DNA of 64,000 bases from Azolla caroliniana (Eukaryota > Plantae > Polypodiophyta), in assembly GCA_043228905.1 (NCBI GenBank), contig JBHGNT010000007.1, positions 18,910,001 through 18,974,000 of the forward strand. Direction: 5' to 3'. This document shows, piece after piece, positions 1 through 11,100 of this stretch. Positions within the stretch are counted from its first letter, which is position 1, and the number at the start of each line of letters is the position of its first letter. The position numbers were made by a program, and so were the translations under genes. The notes under the pieces are model-generated. The model saw only the letters and a program-made list of their open reading frames with translations. It made no database searches and was not told the origin of the DNA.

Positions 1-831
1 AAAAAGGATAATCAGGGGAAGGGCTAGGGGTGATGATATTTCCAGATCGGTCCTTGAGAGGAGACCATGAATAGAGGCAACTTCCTCCATAACTGTAGTA
101 ATTTTTTCCTTTTCTTAAGAGCAACCTCTGAAGAGCCCGACATATTGTCATTTGCCCATGCACTACTGCCAATAAGCTCTTGCATAATTCTGGCAATATA
201 TCTGAGAGAAGGGGAATTATGGAATCATATCGTCTTTTACACCGATACTTCCATAAGGTCCATAATGTAATCGTGGATACGGTTTTCCATACATGGATTG
301 CACACATTTGCTTTTGAGGTTGCTGAAAAAGGGAGACAAATATTAAATGCTTGTTGATGATTGTCTTAGCCTCTAGAGCATCATCTGCCTCATACAATAA
401 GATATTGGAATGGAGAACCCCCCATACCGCAGATCCCCAGAAGAAGAGGCAACCTGCATAAATTGTCAGGAATAAAGAAAGAACTTTATTCCATACCTAC
501 AGGGCTAGTGAACAGGACCAGAGAGCATGCTTGGTAGTTTCCTGCAAGTTACCACAATAACTACATTGTCTAAGAACGGGTGCCACGTTTCCTTTCAAAG
601 ACTGACCTACAAGTAGTGCTGCATGTAGTAAAAGCCATCTGAAGAGAGTTTATTTTGTTGGTCCCCTAAAAGACCAAATCCATTTCCAATAAGTCTTCAA
701 ATGATTGGTTGAAACACCCCCTAGTTATTCTAGTGCTTTTGAGCCGCAGGAGTTGGAATATTCTTAGACATGAGTAAGGTTCTACCAAATTTCACAATAT
801 ACTGGAAGAACGGAACTTTCTGCATTGGATA

Positions 832-3800
832 TGTTAAGTAATTAGGTAATTAACTAGGGTTAATTAGAGACTAATTATATGGTTACATTAAGCAGCGGAA
901 TATTAGTATGATATGCGCGTGAAAGTTTGTCAGAGGAAGAGAGAGAGAGAGGAAGTTACACTTGATCACAAAGATAAATGGGGGATGATTGACTATATTG
1001 AAAAGTGTCATCAACATACAAAAATACCCACAATGAGGTATATATACAACCCATGTGCAAAGGTGCACATGTGTGGGTAGAACATAGGTACTTATGTGTA
1101 AGTCCTACATTAAATGTACTAAGGAGTGGAGGATCTAGAATATCCCACATAAGTACAAGGTCCTATTTAAAGGCTTAAGGTCAACACATTAACTAGATTC
1201 GATCTAGGTAGTTGCTAAGTTACATGTGTTGACTAACTAGATTAAACTAGTTGAGCTTGATATCTCAACACGCCCCCTCAAGCTCAAGTGTGAGGCGTCC
1301 AACATCCGGTTTAGCTTCCTTCGGCTTCGTCGGCATCGGTGCGGCTTGCGGTTTTCTTCGCGGTGTTGCGCGGCTTTCTTCACGTCTTCGCGGCTTCGTT
1401 GCGCGGCTCTCTGCGGCTTTGTTGCGCGGCTTTCTTTGCTTCTTCACGGCTTCGTTGTGCGGTTCTTCGCGTCTTCGCGGCCTCGTTGCGCGGCTCTCCG
1501 CGACTTATTCTCCCCCTCAAGCCTGTGACGAAGGCTTGGATCCTTGGGCTCTTGTTTGGCCACTACCTTCATCGTGAGGGCATAGTGATGGGCCATATAC
1601 TCGTTGTAGGCGTAACAAGTGACTTGGGTCTTCGCTCGTGATGAGCGGCGGAGTTTCTCGTTTGTCGATGTGAGTGCCTTCTTTACTCCGGGTGTCCTCA
1701 TGATGGGTACACCGAACTCATTGTCTAGTGAGCGAGCCGAATCATCCGAGTTACGGTCATCGGGGTGGACCACGACTTCGTATTCGGGCATCTTACCTTT
1801 GCCTTTGTCCGATGTCGGACTTGGCCGCGACTTGTTTTCATCGCGTGGAGGCTCTTGTGGGCCAATTAGCTCGGTAGAGCTTGGATTGTCCTTCGGTGGA
1901 GGACTTGGCCGAGTTTCGTTGTCCGAGTTGGCGTTCAACTCTTCCTTGATCGGGTCGGATGGAGTCGCATCGGGCTTATACCAAGATGCCGATTCGTCGA
2001 AAATGACGTCACGACTTATCCATACCGCTCGGGTCGAAGGGTTGAAGCACTTGTACGCCTTTTTCGCGGACAAGTATCCTATGAGGATACATTCTTCCGA
2101 CTTCGCATCGGGCTTCTCTCGACTTTCGTTCGGGATGCGTACATTCGCAATGCTTCTGAACACCTTGAGGTGCGAGAGGATGGGCTTCCTTCCAACGAAG
2201 ATCTCGTATGGAGTAAGCTCGTGGACTCCATTAGTGGTGCACCGGTTCATGAGATAGACGGCCGTGGATGCCGCTTCGGCCCAATAGAAATTCGGCATGT
2301 GCTTCTCATGCATCATGGCGCGTGCTACCTCGAGAATTTGCCGATTCTTTCTCTCGGCTACTACGTTTTGTTGGGGAGTGTGTCGGCATGAGAATTCTCT
2401 ACGAATGCCTTCACCTTGGAGGTAGGAGGTGAACTCGTTGGAGAAGTACTCCTTTCCTCCGTCCGATCGTAGGCATCGAATGTGCCGACCGATTTCTTTC
2501 TCCACTTGGCTTTTGAGCCTTTGAAAGTGGGAGAGCACTTCGCTCTTCTTCTTCATCGGGTATATCCACGCGTAGCACGAGTGGTCGTCGATGAAGGTGA
2601 CGTAGTAGCGGCATCCTCCGAGCCTCGGCGTTTGAGCCAGTCCCCATACGTCCGAGTGGATTATGTCAAGGAGGCCTTTGCTTACGGAGCTCTCCTTCGG
2701 GAATGGGAGTCGATGTTGTTTGCCGGGTTGGCATGCTTCGCACACTCGGTCGACTCGTTTCGATTTGAAGGCCGGAAGTCCGATTACGACTCCCTTTGAT
2801 TGCATTCCGCGAAGCCGTTGGAGGTTTATGTGGCCGATTCGCTTGTGCCACAACTCGATGTTTGTCTCGGTCTTGAGACCTTTGGCGTACATGGCCGATT
2901 TTACCTCGTTCGAGTCGAGGATGAACAAGCGACTGTCTCTCCGTCCCTTGGCTATGAGTCGGCCTTCTTTCTCGATGAAGCAACCTTCATTGTTGAAGCG
3001 GACTTGCATGCCTTGCTCCACGATTTGGCCGACCGAGACCAAATTCTTTGTTATTGTGGGCACGTGCAAGACATTCTTGATGCAAGTTTGCTCGCCTTCT
3101 TTCCCGAATGGGACATCGCCGATGTGCCGAATGGGATGCGGAGTGTCATCTCCGGTCTCTATGTAGCCGGGTCGATCCGGCGTTCGCAAGTTGCGAAACC
3201 ACTCTTGATGCGACGTCATGTGGTGTGAGGCGCCGGAGTCTACGAACCACGCGTGTTCGGAGTTGGAGGTGCTTGCGGAGTTTGCGGGATCGGAGGCCAT
3301 CATAGAGTTCGCTCTATGCCTCACCATGAAGAGTTCGCCGTAGTCCGCGTATTCCGCATTCACGACGTAATTTGTGAGTTGTCGGCTTGTTGAGGCCGAC
3401 TCGCTTCGTCTTTTTCGGCACTCCTCTTCGCGATAGCCGATTTTGCCACAATAGTTGCACGTAGGTGGCGTCGTTCGCCGACCTTGTTCGGCGTGGAAGC
3501 TCCCCCTTCTTGTGAAGGTTCCTCGATGGCTTCCGTTTCCTTGCCGAAATTGTGAATTCCCTTCGTGGGATAGGTCGAATTGACCTCTTCTACTTCGACC
3601 TCGTCTTTGGGCACCATCCGTATCGGAGAAGAGCATTTGTCCTTCTGATGTGTTGGTCTTTGGTTGAACGTGGTTTTCCTCGACCAATAGCATTGATTGG
3701 AGGTTGAAGAACGAGGGAGGGGTATCTCTCGCCAAGATTGCCGTTCTCAACGGGTTGAATCGTTGTGTGAGGCCGCCCAAGCATACTTGCACCATCTCGT

Positions 3801-4853
3801 CTTCGTCGATGTTGACGTTGATGGAGCCAAGCGAGTCGCAAATGCTCTTGATCTTGGCGGTGTAGTCTGTCACTGACATTTCTTTTTGTCGTATGTTGTT
3901 CAACTCTTGCCAGAGTTGAAGCTTGCGTGCGGATGTGTCCGCGGCGAAAATCTTCTTGAGATTTTCCCACGCCTCTTTGGGCATCTTGGCGTCACGAATG
4001 TGGCTAAGCATGTGGTCATTTACACATGTTGCCAAGCAATACATTACCCGACTCACGCCTTGCTCCAATGTTGGGTAGTTGGCGTGTGTGATTTCGGGTT
4101 TGTTTTCTTGTGAGCCGTTGATGTAGCTCCAATACCCTTGGCCGATAAGGTATTGATTCATCTTGTACTCCCAAGATGAATAGTTGCTTCGATCTAGCTT
4201 TTCGCTAGGGAGTGAGCTTCCCATTTGTTTGTTCATGTTGATTGTTGTGTCTTCCATTTTGTTTTTCTTCTCTTGGTCGCATACACGTCCTTCGTAGCGG
4301 CACTACGGTAGCGAATAGCGAATAGCCGGGATTTGTCGTCGGCGTCTCGAACACACAATCATGAATAAGCGGTGGGCTTAGTGGATTTCCTAAACCACAC
4401 ACTCTGATACCATGTTAAGTAATTAGGTAATTAACTAGGGTTAATTAGAGACTAATTATATGGTTACGTTAAGCAACGGAAGATTAGTATGATATGCGTG
4501 TGAGAGTGTGTGAGAGGAAGAGAGAGAGAGAGAGGAAGTTACACTTGAACACAAAGATAAATGGGGGATGATTGACTATATTGAAAAGTGTCATCAACAT
4601 ACAAAAATACCCACAATGAGGTATATATACAACCCATGTGCAAAGGTGCACATGTGTGGGTAGAACATAGGTACTTATGTGTAAGTCCTACATTAAATGT
4701 ACTAAGGAGTGGAGGATCTAGAATATCCCACATAAGTACAAGGTCCTATTTAAAGGCTTAAGGTCAACACATTAACTAGATTCGATCTAGGTAACTACTA
4801 AGTTACATGTGTTGACTAACTAGATTAAACTAGTTGAGCTTGATATCTCAACA
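832..4853 (-). mobile_element. Non-autonomous Ty1/copia element lacking RT and RNase H, copy 1
   Basis: About 440-bp TG..CA LTRs at 832-1270 and 4413-4853; tRNA-iMet-type PBS (TGGTATCAGAG on the minus strand, 4402-4412); PPT next to 1271; imperfect TSD GGATA/AGATC. Confidence 0.93.
1444..4257 (-). CDS. Copia Gag-protease-integrase polyprotein, 937 aa, uninterrupted, with no RT/RH
   Basis: Copia gag N-terminus (EKLDRSNYSSW), zinc knuckle CNYCGKIGY..EC (His replaced by Tyr), protease WFVDSGASHHMT, GAG-pre-integrase LWHKRIGH..CEAC, integrase D-D-E (HSDVWG, RSDGGKEY, AERKNR). The ORF runs into a low-complexity tail right after the EP motif that normally precedes RT. Confidence 0.9.
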   Translation of the reverse strand: MEDTTINMNKQMGSSLPSEKLDRSNYSSWEYKMNQYLIGQGYWSYINGSQENKPEITHANYPTLEQGVSRVMYCLATCVNDHMLSHIRDAKMPKEAWENLKKIFAADTSARKLQLWQELNNIRQKEMSVTDYTAKIKSICDSLGSINVNIDEDEMVQVCLGGLTQRFNPLRTAILARDTPPSFFNLQSMLLVEENHVQPKTNTSEGQMLFSDTDGAQRRGRSRRGQFDLSHEGNSQFRQGNGSHRGTFTRRGSFHAEQGRRTTPPTCNYCGKIGYREEECRKRRSESASTSRQLTNYVVNAEYADYGELFMVRHRANSMMASDPANSASTSNSEHAWFVDSGASHHMTSHQEWFRNLRTPDRPGYIETGDDTPHPIRHIGDVPFGKEGEQTCIKNVLHVPTITKNLVSVGQIVEQGMQVRFNNEGCFIEKEGRLIAKGRRDSRLFILDSNEVKSAMYAKGLKTETNIELWHKRIGHINLQRLRGMQSKGVVIGLPAFKSKRVDRVCEACQPGKQHRLPFPKESSVSKGLLDIIHSDVWGLAQTPRLGGCRYYVTFIDDHSCYAWIYPMKKKSEVLSHFQRLKSQVEKEIGRHIRCLRSDGGKEYFSNEFTSYLQGEGIRREFSCRHTPQQNVVAERKNRQILEVARAMMHEKHMPNFYWAEAASTAVYLMNRCTTNGVHELTPYEIFVGRKPILSHLKVFRSIANVRIPNESREKPDAKSEECILIGYLSAKKAYKCFNPSTRAVWISRDVIFDESASWYKPDATPSDPIKEELNANSDNETRPSPPPKDNPSSTELIGPQEPPRDENKSRPSPTSDKGKGKMPEYEVVVHPDDRNSDDSARSLDNEFGVPIMRTPGVKKALTSTNEKLRRSSRAKTQVTCYAYNEYMAHHYALTMKVVAKQEPKDPSLRHRLEGENKSRRAAQRGREDAKNRTTKP

Positions 4854-5568
4854 AGATCAATCATGGGACTAGTCCAAAACCATCCCCCTAGGTCCCACAT
4901 CAGCCTATTAACTGGTTGTCGTGCATATAACCAAAGCATATCCCACAAATGGGCTATTGACGGTTGTGGATCCAAGAGATTTCTTACTAGTTTTGGCAAT
5001 CACCCTAACTGGTACAACGAGTCGGTTTTGTAGCAAATTATCAGAGGGTGTATAAGGCTGCAATTTATTATCTTGTTGAATATGGAAATAAAAAATACAC
5101 CCATATGTAGAAATTCCTTTAACAAAGAGCATCATGCTATCATATAATGGCAAGACTCGAACCCATGACCTTGTGCTGCATGGGTCGAGCTCTTGACCAT
5201 TAGACCATACATTGTAATACATAAAATATTATTTTTATTTATATTTTATTATAGAAAATGGATGTATATTCTAGATTTCTCTAGAACATTCTAGAAACTT
5301 CAGGAGTACTCCTGAGAACACTATAAAAGGAGGCACAAGGCATTATTTCGAACCAAATCGGTTCAACGGCAGTCTTAAGCCTCCTAGCTACTATTGTATA
5401 CTCCACATAATATATATATTTTATCATCATTCTCTCACCCTTTCTCTCTCTCTCTATCTCTCTCGCTCGCTCGCTCTTTCCTTCTCTCGAGAGTTCTACA
5501 CCTCTCTTACTACTAATCCTCATCTTTTAGTACTAATTCCTCTCTGTCTTAGTACTGATCCTGACAGT

Positions 5569-5580
5569 TTGAACCGATTT
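5569..5580 (+). promoter_or_regulatory. Self-priming (Tf1-type) primer-binding site TTGAACCGATTT
   Basis: Starts 2 nt after the LTR end and is the exact reverse complement of AAATCGGTTCAA at 5355-5366, about 33 nt downstream of the LTR TATAAAA (5322). The same arrangement occurs at 58401-58412 and 60454-60465, and with one change at 50737-50748. Confidence 0.8.
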
Positions 5581-6852
5581 CGGTACGTCCTCCTTCTGTC
5601 TCCTCCTTTCCTCCTCTTCCTTTTATCTTCTTACATATCCTCTTTTTTTGGTCTTCTTTTCGGTTTCCCACATCTTCCTGCCCCTTTCTTCCTTTCATAC
5701 TAATCCTCTTATCCTCCCTAGTAAAATGGAAACTGTTAGCGCTCAGGAATACCAATCTGTTTTCTCAGAGATCCAGTGCTTAAAGGAGAAATTTGTAGCA
5801 CTAGAACAAGAAAATCACCGTTTGTTGGGGGATCTTCAACAAATGGCGCATCAAAAACAACAACATGGGGAGCTGACGTTACGTGTGCAACAACTCGAAG
5901 CAACCATCATAGCGATGCAACAACAAGGACCCGGAACACAAGGGATTCATAAAGAACCCAATATCGGCCTTCCCATGAAATTCGATGGAACGCGATCGCA
6001 GTTTAGAGGGTTCCTTAATCAGGTACGACTAGTTATTCAAATGCATCCTTCCCGATATCCCACCGATGCATCATGAGTGGGTTTAGTAGGCACATTGTTA
6101 AGTGGTTCAGCATTGGCATGGTTCGCTCCGCTGTTTGAAAAAGAATCTCCAATACTAAACAATTTTGAAGAATTTATAAGTGAGTTTAAAGCCTGTTTTG
6201 GAGATACTGACAGCATAAGGACAACAATCAACAAAATCCGACGACTACGTCAAGGCGATCGTCCAGCCTCCGCATACGTTGTAGATTTTCGTCTACTCGC
6301 CTCCGATATCCCCTGGGATGATCAAGTGTTAATGGAGCAATTTCATTATGGTCTACATAACGATGTCAAAGATTTACTCTTGACCTTTCCCGAAGAACCA
6401 AAGTCATTAACAGAAGTAATCAGCCGCGCAGTGAGATGCGACAATCGCCTCTTCGAACGACGTTCGGAACATCAGTTCCAGATGCCAAGGGCAAGATCTG
6501 AGCCTACCTACGCCTCAGTGGTAGCGAAACCTTTTCCGAGGGAGTCATATAATGCACCTCAAGTAAGTACTCCAACTCGGATGGAAATTGACACCACACG
6601 TCGTCGTGGACCGCTATTGGAAGAAGAAAAGCAACGACGCCGAGCAAACCGACTATGTCTTTATTGCGGTGAACCAGGGCATATCGTGGTAAACTGTCCC
6701 CATAGACCAAGAAGGCAGGTAAACCAAATAGTTGCTAGCTCTGATTGTACTAAACCTGAGTCTATTTCAGTAGGGATATATGATAGTCCCAATAGTAATA
6801 ATAGCCCAAATCTAGCGAACAAATTTGATGTCCTTAGTCAGTTAGAAGAAGA

Positions 6853-6904
6853 GTTAAACGACTAAGTCCAGCCAAAATAGGAGTTGTTTGGTTGGACAAC
6901 CCTA
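6853..6904 (+). promoter_or_regulatory. Putative -1 ribosomal frameshift signal at the gag-pol junction
   Basis: G_TTA_AAC, a 6-nt spacer, then an 11-bp stem (6866-6876 with 6887-6897); pol lies in the -1 frame relative to gag. Confidence 0.7.
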
Positions 6905-7380
6905 GATCTGTGCAGCCCATTAGTGGTTCCATTCCCTCTAAGCAAGTTAGCAATGTGTTCGTAGCCCAAGTAACATTTAGTACTAAAAGTACCCCTCCAT
7001 TACATGTCTTAGCACTTCTAGATTCCGGAGCTAATTCTTACTTCATGGATAGGAAATTTGCCCAAGCTCATCAGATATCACTCAGAAAACTCCCGTGTCC
7101 AGCCTCTGTAGTAGTCATTGATGGTCATCCGATTGCTTCTGGAAATATCATAGAAGAGTCAGAGCCCATTAATATTGTCCTAGATAATCTAGCATGTGTA
7201 GTATCATTTAATATAATTAGCATCCCAGAACACCCCATTGTTTTAGGATTACCATGGTTCGAATTACATAACCCAGACATAGATTGGAGAACAAGAGAAA
7301 TCCAGTATCGAAAAGCCCGAGGGTCTACTCATGAGATTGCAACCATTTCGCTACATCAGTTGCGGGAAGAAGGACGCAAT

Positions 7381-8189
7381 TGTTGGGAGACAGGTCCCTC
7401 CAGATGGGAAGGGAGAAGAACAGTGCCGGCGAACAAACTCGGCCGAGGCCGAAACGGTATGAGGAGTACCCGGCTACGGAGGGCCGGATGATACAGACCC
7501 GGTGTGAATCGGATGAGGAGTACTCGGCTATAGAGAGCCGGATGGTGCAGGCCCGGTATGAACCGGATGAGGAGTACCCGACTACGGAGAGCCGGATGGT
7601 ACTGACCCGGTGTGAACCGGATGAGGAGTACCCGGCTACGGAGAGCCGGATGATACAGACCCGGTATGAGCCGGATGAGGAGTACCCGGCTACGAAGAGC
7701 CGGATGGTGCAGGCCGGTATGAACCGAAGGAAGAGACATATTCGTAAATATGTTTCTGAGAGCCCATTGTGGCTATATTTGTAAATAGCCGAAAAGTCAT
7801 ATTAGTATAAATATGACTTAGGGCAAACTAATATTATGTTGTTATTTTTCCTTGTTGGTGCAAGAAGAAGAGAGAGCGCGTAACTGTACAGAGAGAGAGA
7901 GAGACGAGGTCGTTGCCTCTCTTGTAACCGTCGCCTGTGGCGAAGATTTGTGAGCACGAGGTCGGTGCCTCAGTGAACTCACTGTTTTTGTACATTTATA
8001 CATAGTGACAGTTTGCAGCCTGTGGGCTGCCGTGGTTTTTCCCCTAGCTTGGGGTTTTCCACGTAAACCTCCTATGTACCTCCTCTCTCCTTTTGTGTCG
8101 CGTGTTTTTTTTGTTTCCTGTTTTCTGTGTAAGTAAAGAATCTCGGTTGTGGCCGAGCGTTGGACATAAGGAACGGTGGGTTCCCGTCA
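7381..8189 (+). mobile_element. Solo LTR, family S copy 1, with about 5 x 54-bp tandem repeats in U3
   Basis: TGTTG..CGTCA ends, TSD GCAAT/GCAAT, TATAAAT near 7807, GGGTTTTCCACG motif; inserted in family A pol. Confidence 0.88.
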
Positions 8190-11100
8190 GCAATGAAGAA
8201 ATGTTTCTCTTCGCAATATTAGTAAAGCCCTCAGACACCATTAAAGAGGAGTCCTCCGTTCAACTTCCAAAGAAGTATCCTCATTATGCCGATGTGTTTG
8301 ATAAAGTACAAGCCAATACGTTTCCTTCGTCTCGTTGTAGATTACCGTGGCTTGAATAAGGTTACAATCAGAAATAGGTATGCACTTCCCCTTATCTCAA
8401 GTCTTTTAGAACGGATCAATGGTGCCAGGTTCTTCACGAAGATCGACTTACAGGGAGCCAATAACCTTGTACGGATCCGACTAGGAGATGAATGGAAGAC
8501 TGCGTTTCGCACCAGATATGGGCAGTTCGAGTATATGGTCATGCCGTTCGGCCTCACTAATCCGCCATCAGTCTTCCAACACATGGCAAATGATATATTC
8601 CGAGATCTCTTGGATGTTTGCTTGATTATCTATTTGGATGATCTACTGGTTTATTCAAAGACCCAAGAAGAGCATGATTCTCATGTACTGTTAGTAGTAA
8701 AACGACTTCGAGAACATGGTCTTTATGCAAAGCTGGAAAAATGTAGTTTTGGGTGCAACTAGGTAGAATTTCTAGGTTATGTCATTTCCTCGGAAGGCAT
8801 CTCCATGGACCCTGCTAAGGTCAAAACTGTGGTAGAGTGGTAGACTCTGCGTTCGGTGCGAGATGTGCAATGCTTTTTAGGCTTTGCCAATTTTTACCGG
8901 AAGTTCATACAGGATTACTCAAAGCTCGTTCTGCCTCTCACACAACTTACCAGGAAGGGACAATCGTTCGTTTGGTCTAAAGAAGCAGACATGGCTTTTG
9001 AGAGTCTTAAAAAGGCATTTACATCGGCTCCAATTCTAGCTCATGTCGATCCGGAAAAACCATTTATTATTGAAGCCGACGCATCGGATTTCGCATTGGG
9101 GAGCATTCTGTCACAACGGGGTAGTGATGAGAAGTTACATCCTATAGCTTTTCACTCACGCAAGTTTGACACCACCGAAATCAACTACGAAATTCATGAT
9201 AAGGAGCTATTGGCAATAGTGGACTCTTTTACATAATGGATGCATTTTTTAGAGGGATCCTCTCATCAAGTCACCGTATTCAGTGACCACAAAAACCTTG
9301 GCTACTTTCAGGACGCTCGTGTGTTAAATCGACGTCAAGCTTGGTGGGCCCACTTCCTCACGCGTTTCGACTTCAAAATTACATATCGTTTGGGGAAGCA
9401 CCAAGGGAAGGCGGATGCATTATCACGGCGTTCGTACCTAGCACCGCGTCCCGGAGAGCTAGCTTTTGATAGCCAAAAGCAAGTAATCTTGGGACCAACA
9501 TGACTGCCAGCAACACAGGTCTTTGGCATGCCCATGGATTCCCACGTTATCGATACTATACGTGAGCACTTGAAGACCAATGCTTTCGCCCAAGCCATTC
9601 TAGCACAAATTGATCCCTCTAGAGCATCTTGTTCACATTCGCAACCACCAGGTACAGACTATCGGCAATTCAAATACCATGATGGATTACTATTCTTTAA
9701 TAAACTGTTGTATGTTCCTAATGGTTCTTGCTGCCTTCGAGTAGTCCAAAACTATCATGACACATATACAGCTGGGCATTTTGGTAGTACTAAAACATTA
9801 GATTTAGTAGAACGACCATTTTGGTGACCCCGTATGCGACAATTTTTCGAAGATTTTGTTCAGACTTGTGATACATGCTGTAGAGCGAAAATGCCAAGGC
9901 ATCATCCATATGGTTTATTAGAACCATTACCAATTCCATGCAAGCCGTGGCAATCCATTGCTCTAGACTTCATCACAGATCTTCTAGTCTCTAAGGGGTT
10001 TAATGCGATTCTAATAGTCGTAGATCGATATACGAAGATGGCTCATTTCTTGCCATGTACTAAGGAAATATCTAGTGAAGAAACCGCTGAAATTGTCATG
10101 CGTGAAGTATGTCGACATCATGGCCTTCCCGATAGTATCATTAGCGATTGTGGACCCCAGTTCGTATCGAAATTCTGGAAGCACCTTTTAAAAATGCTTA
10201 AGGTCACTTGTAACCTCTCCTCTGGCTACCATCCACAAAGTGATGGCCAAGCAGAACGAACAAATCAAACACTGGAGCAGTATCTTCGATGCTTTCTAAG
10301 CTATCATCAGGATGACTGGGCAGATATTCTTCACTTCGCCGAATTTGCCTACAATAACTCTGTCCACGCATCGACTAAAGTTACGCCATTTTATGCTTTT
10401 ATGGGTTCTCATCCCCAATGGTGTGTATTTGAAACCCTAGAGTTGTCCACAAATCCTTGCACAGAGGATCGTTTAGAGCAGTTACACAAGATACAAGCCT
10501 ATTTATCTACTCATCTCCAACAAGCTCAACAAACACACAAGGTTTACGCGGATCGTCATCGACTTCCATCCAGTTTTAACATTGGAGATCGGGTATGGCT
10601 ACTACGACGACACATCAAGACTACTCGCCCCTGTGAGAAGTTGGATTATTGGCGATTAGGTCCTTTCCGTGTTATAGGAAAGATTAATGATGTCACTTTT
10701 CGTCTCGATCTACCTCCGCAACTTCGGATACATCCGGTGTTTCATAGTTCTCTCCTCAAGCCCTATCAAGAGAGCACCATCCCAGGACGTATTACACAAC
10801 CTCCACCTCCGATCGAGCTTGAAGATGGACCTGAGTACGAGGTTGTCGCCATCCTTGATTCCAAGATTGTTCGTAACAAGCTCTACTATCTAGTCGATTG
10901 GCTAGGATATAGTCCCAGCGAGCGTAGTTGGGAACCGATAGAGAATGTGACCAATGGTCGTGCTCTTCTTGAAGACTTCCATCGTCAATATCCAAGCAAA
11001 CCGGGTCCTCAATCCAAAACGACTCGTGACACTCGTCATTTTAGAGGGGGGATAGTGTCATGATATGGCAAGACTCGAACCCATGACCTTATGGTGCATG

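Noticed and set aside
1251-3970. Overlapping and antisense ORFs over the copia element (for example 1619-2257, 2663-3166 and mirrors at 29742-31907)
   Set aside because: Shadow frames of a GC-rich coding region or of low-complexity repeats, with no recognisable domains.
7356-7784. Repeat proteins with 18-aa units on both strands
   Set aside because: Translation artefacts of the 54-bp U3 tandem repeat; sibling LTRs have unit lengths that are not multiples of three.
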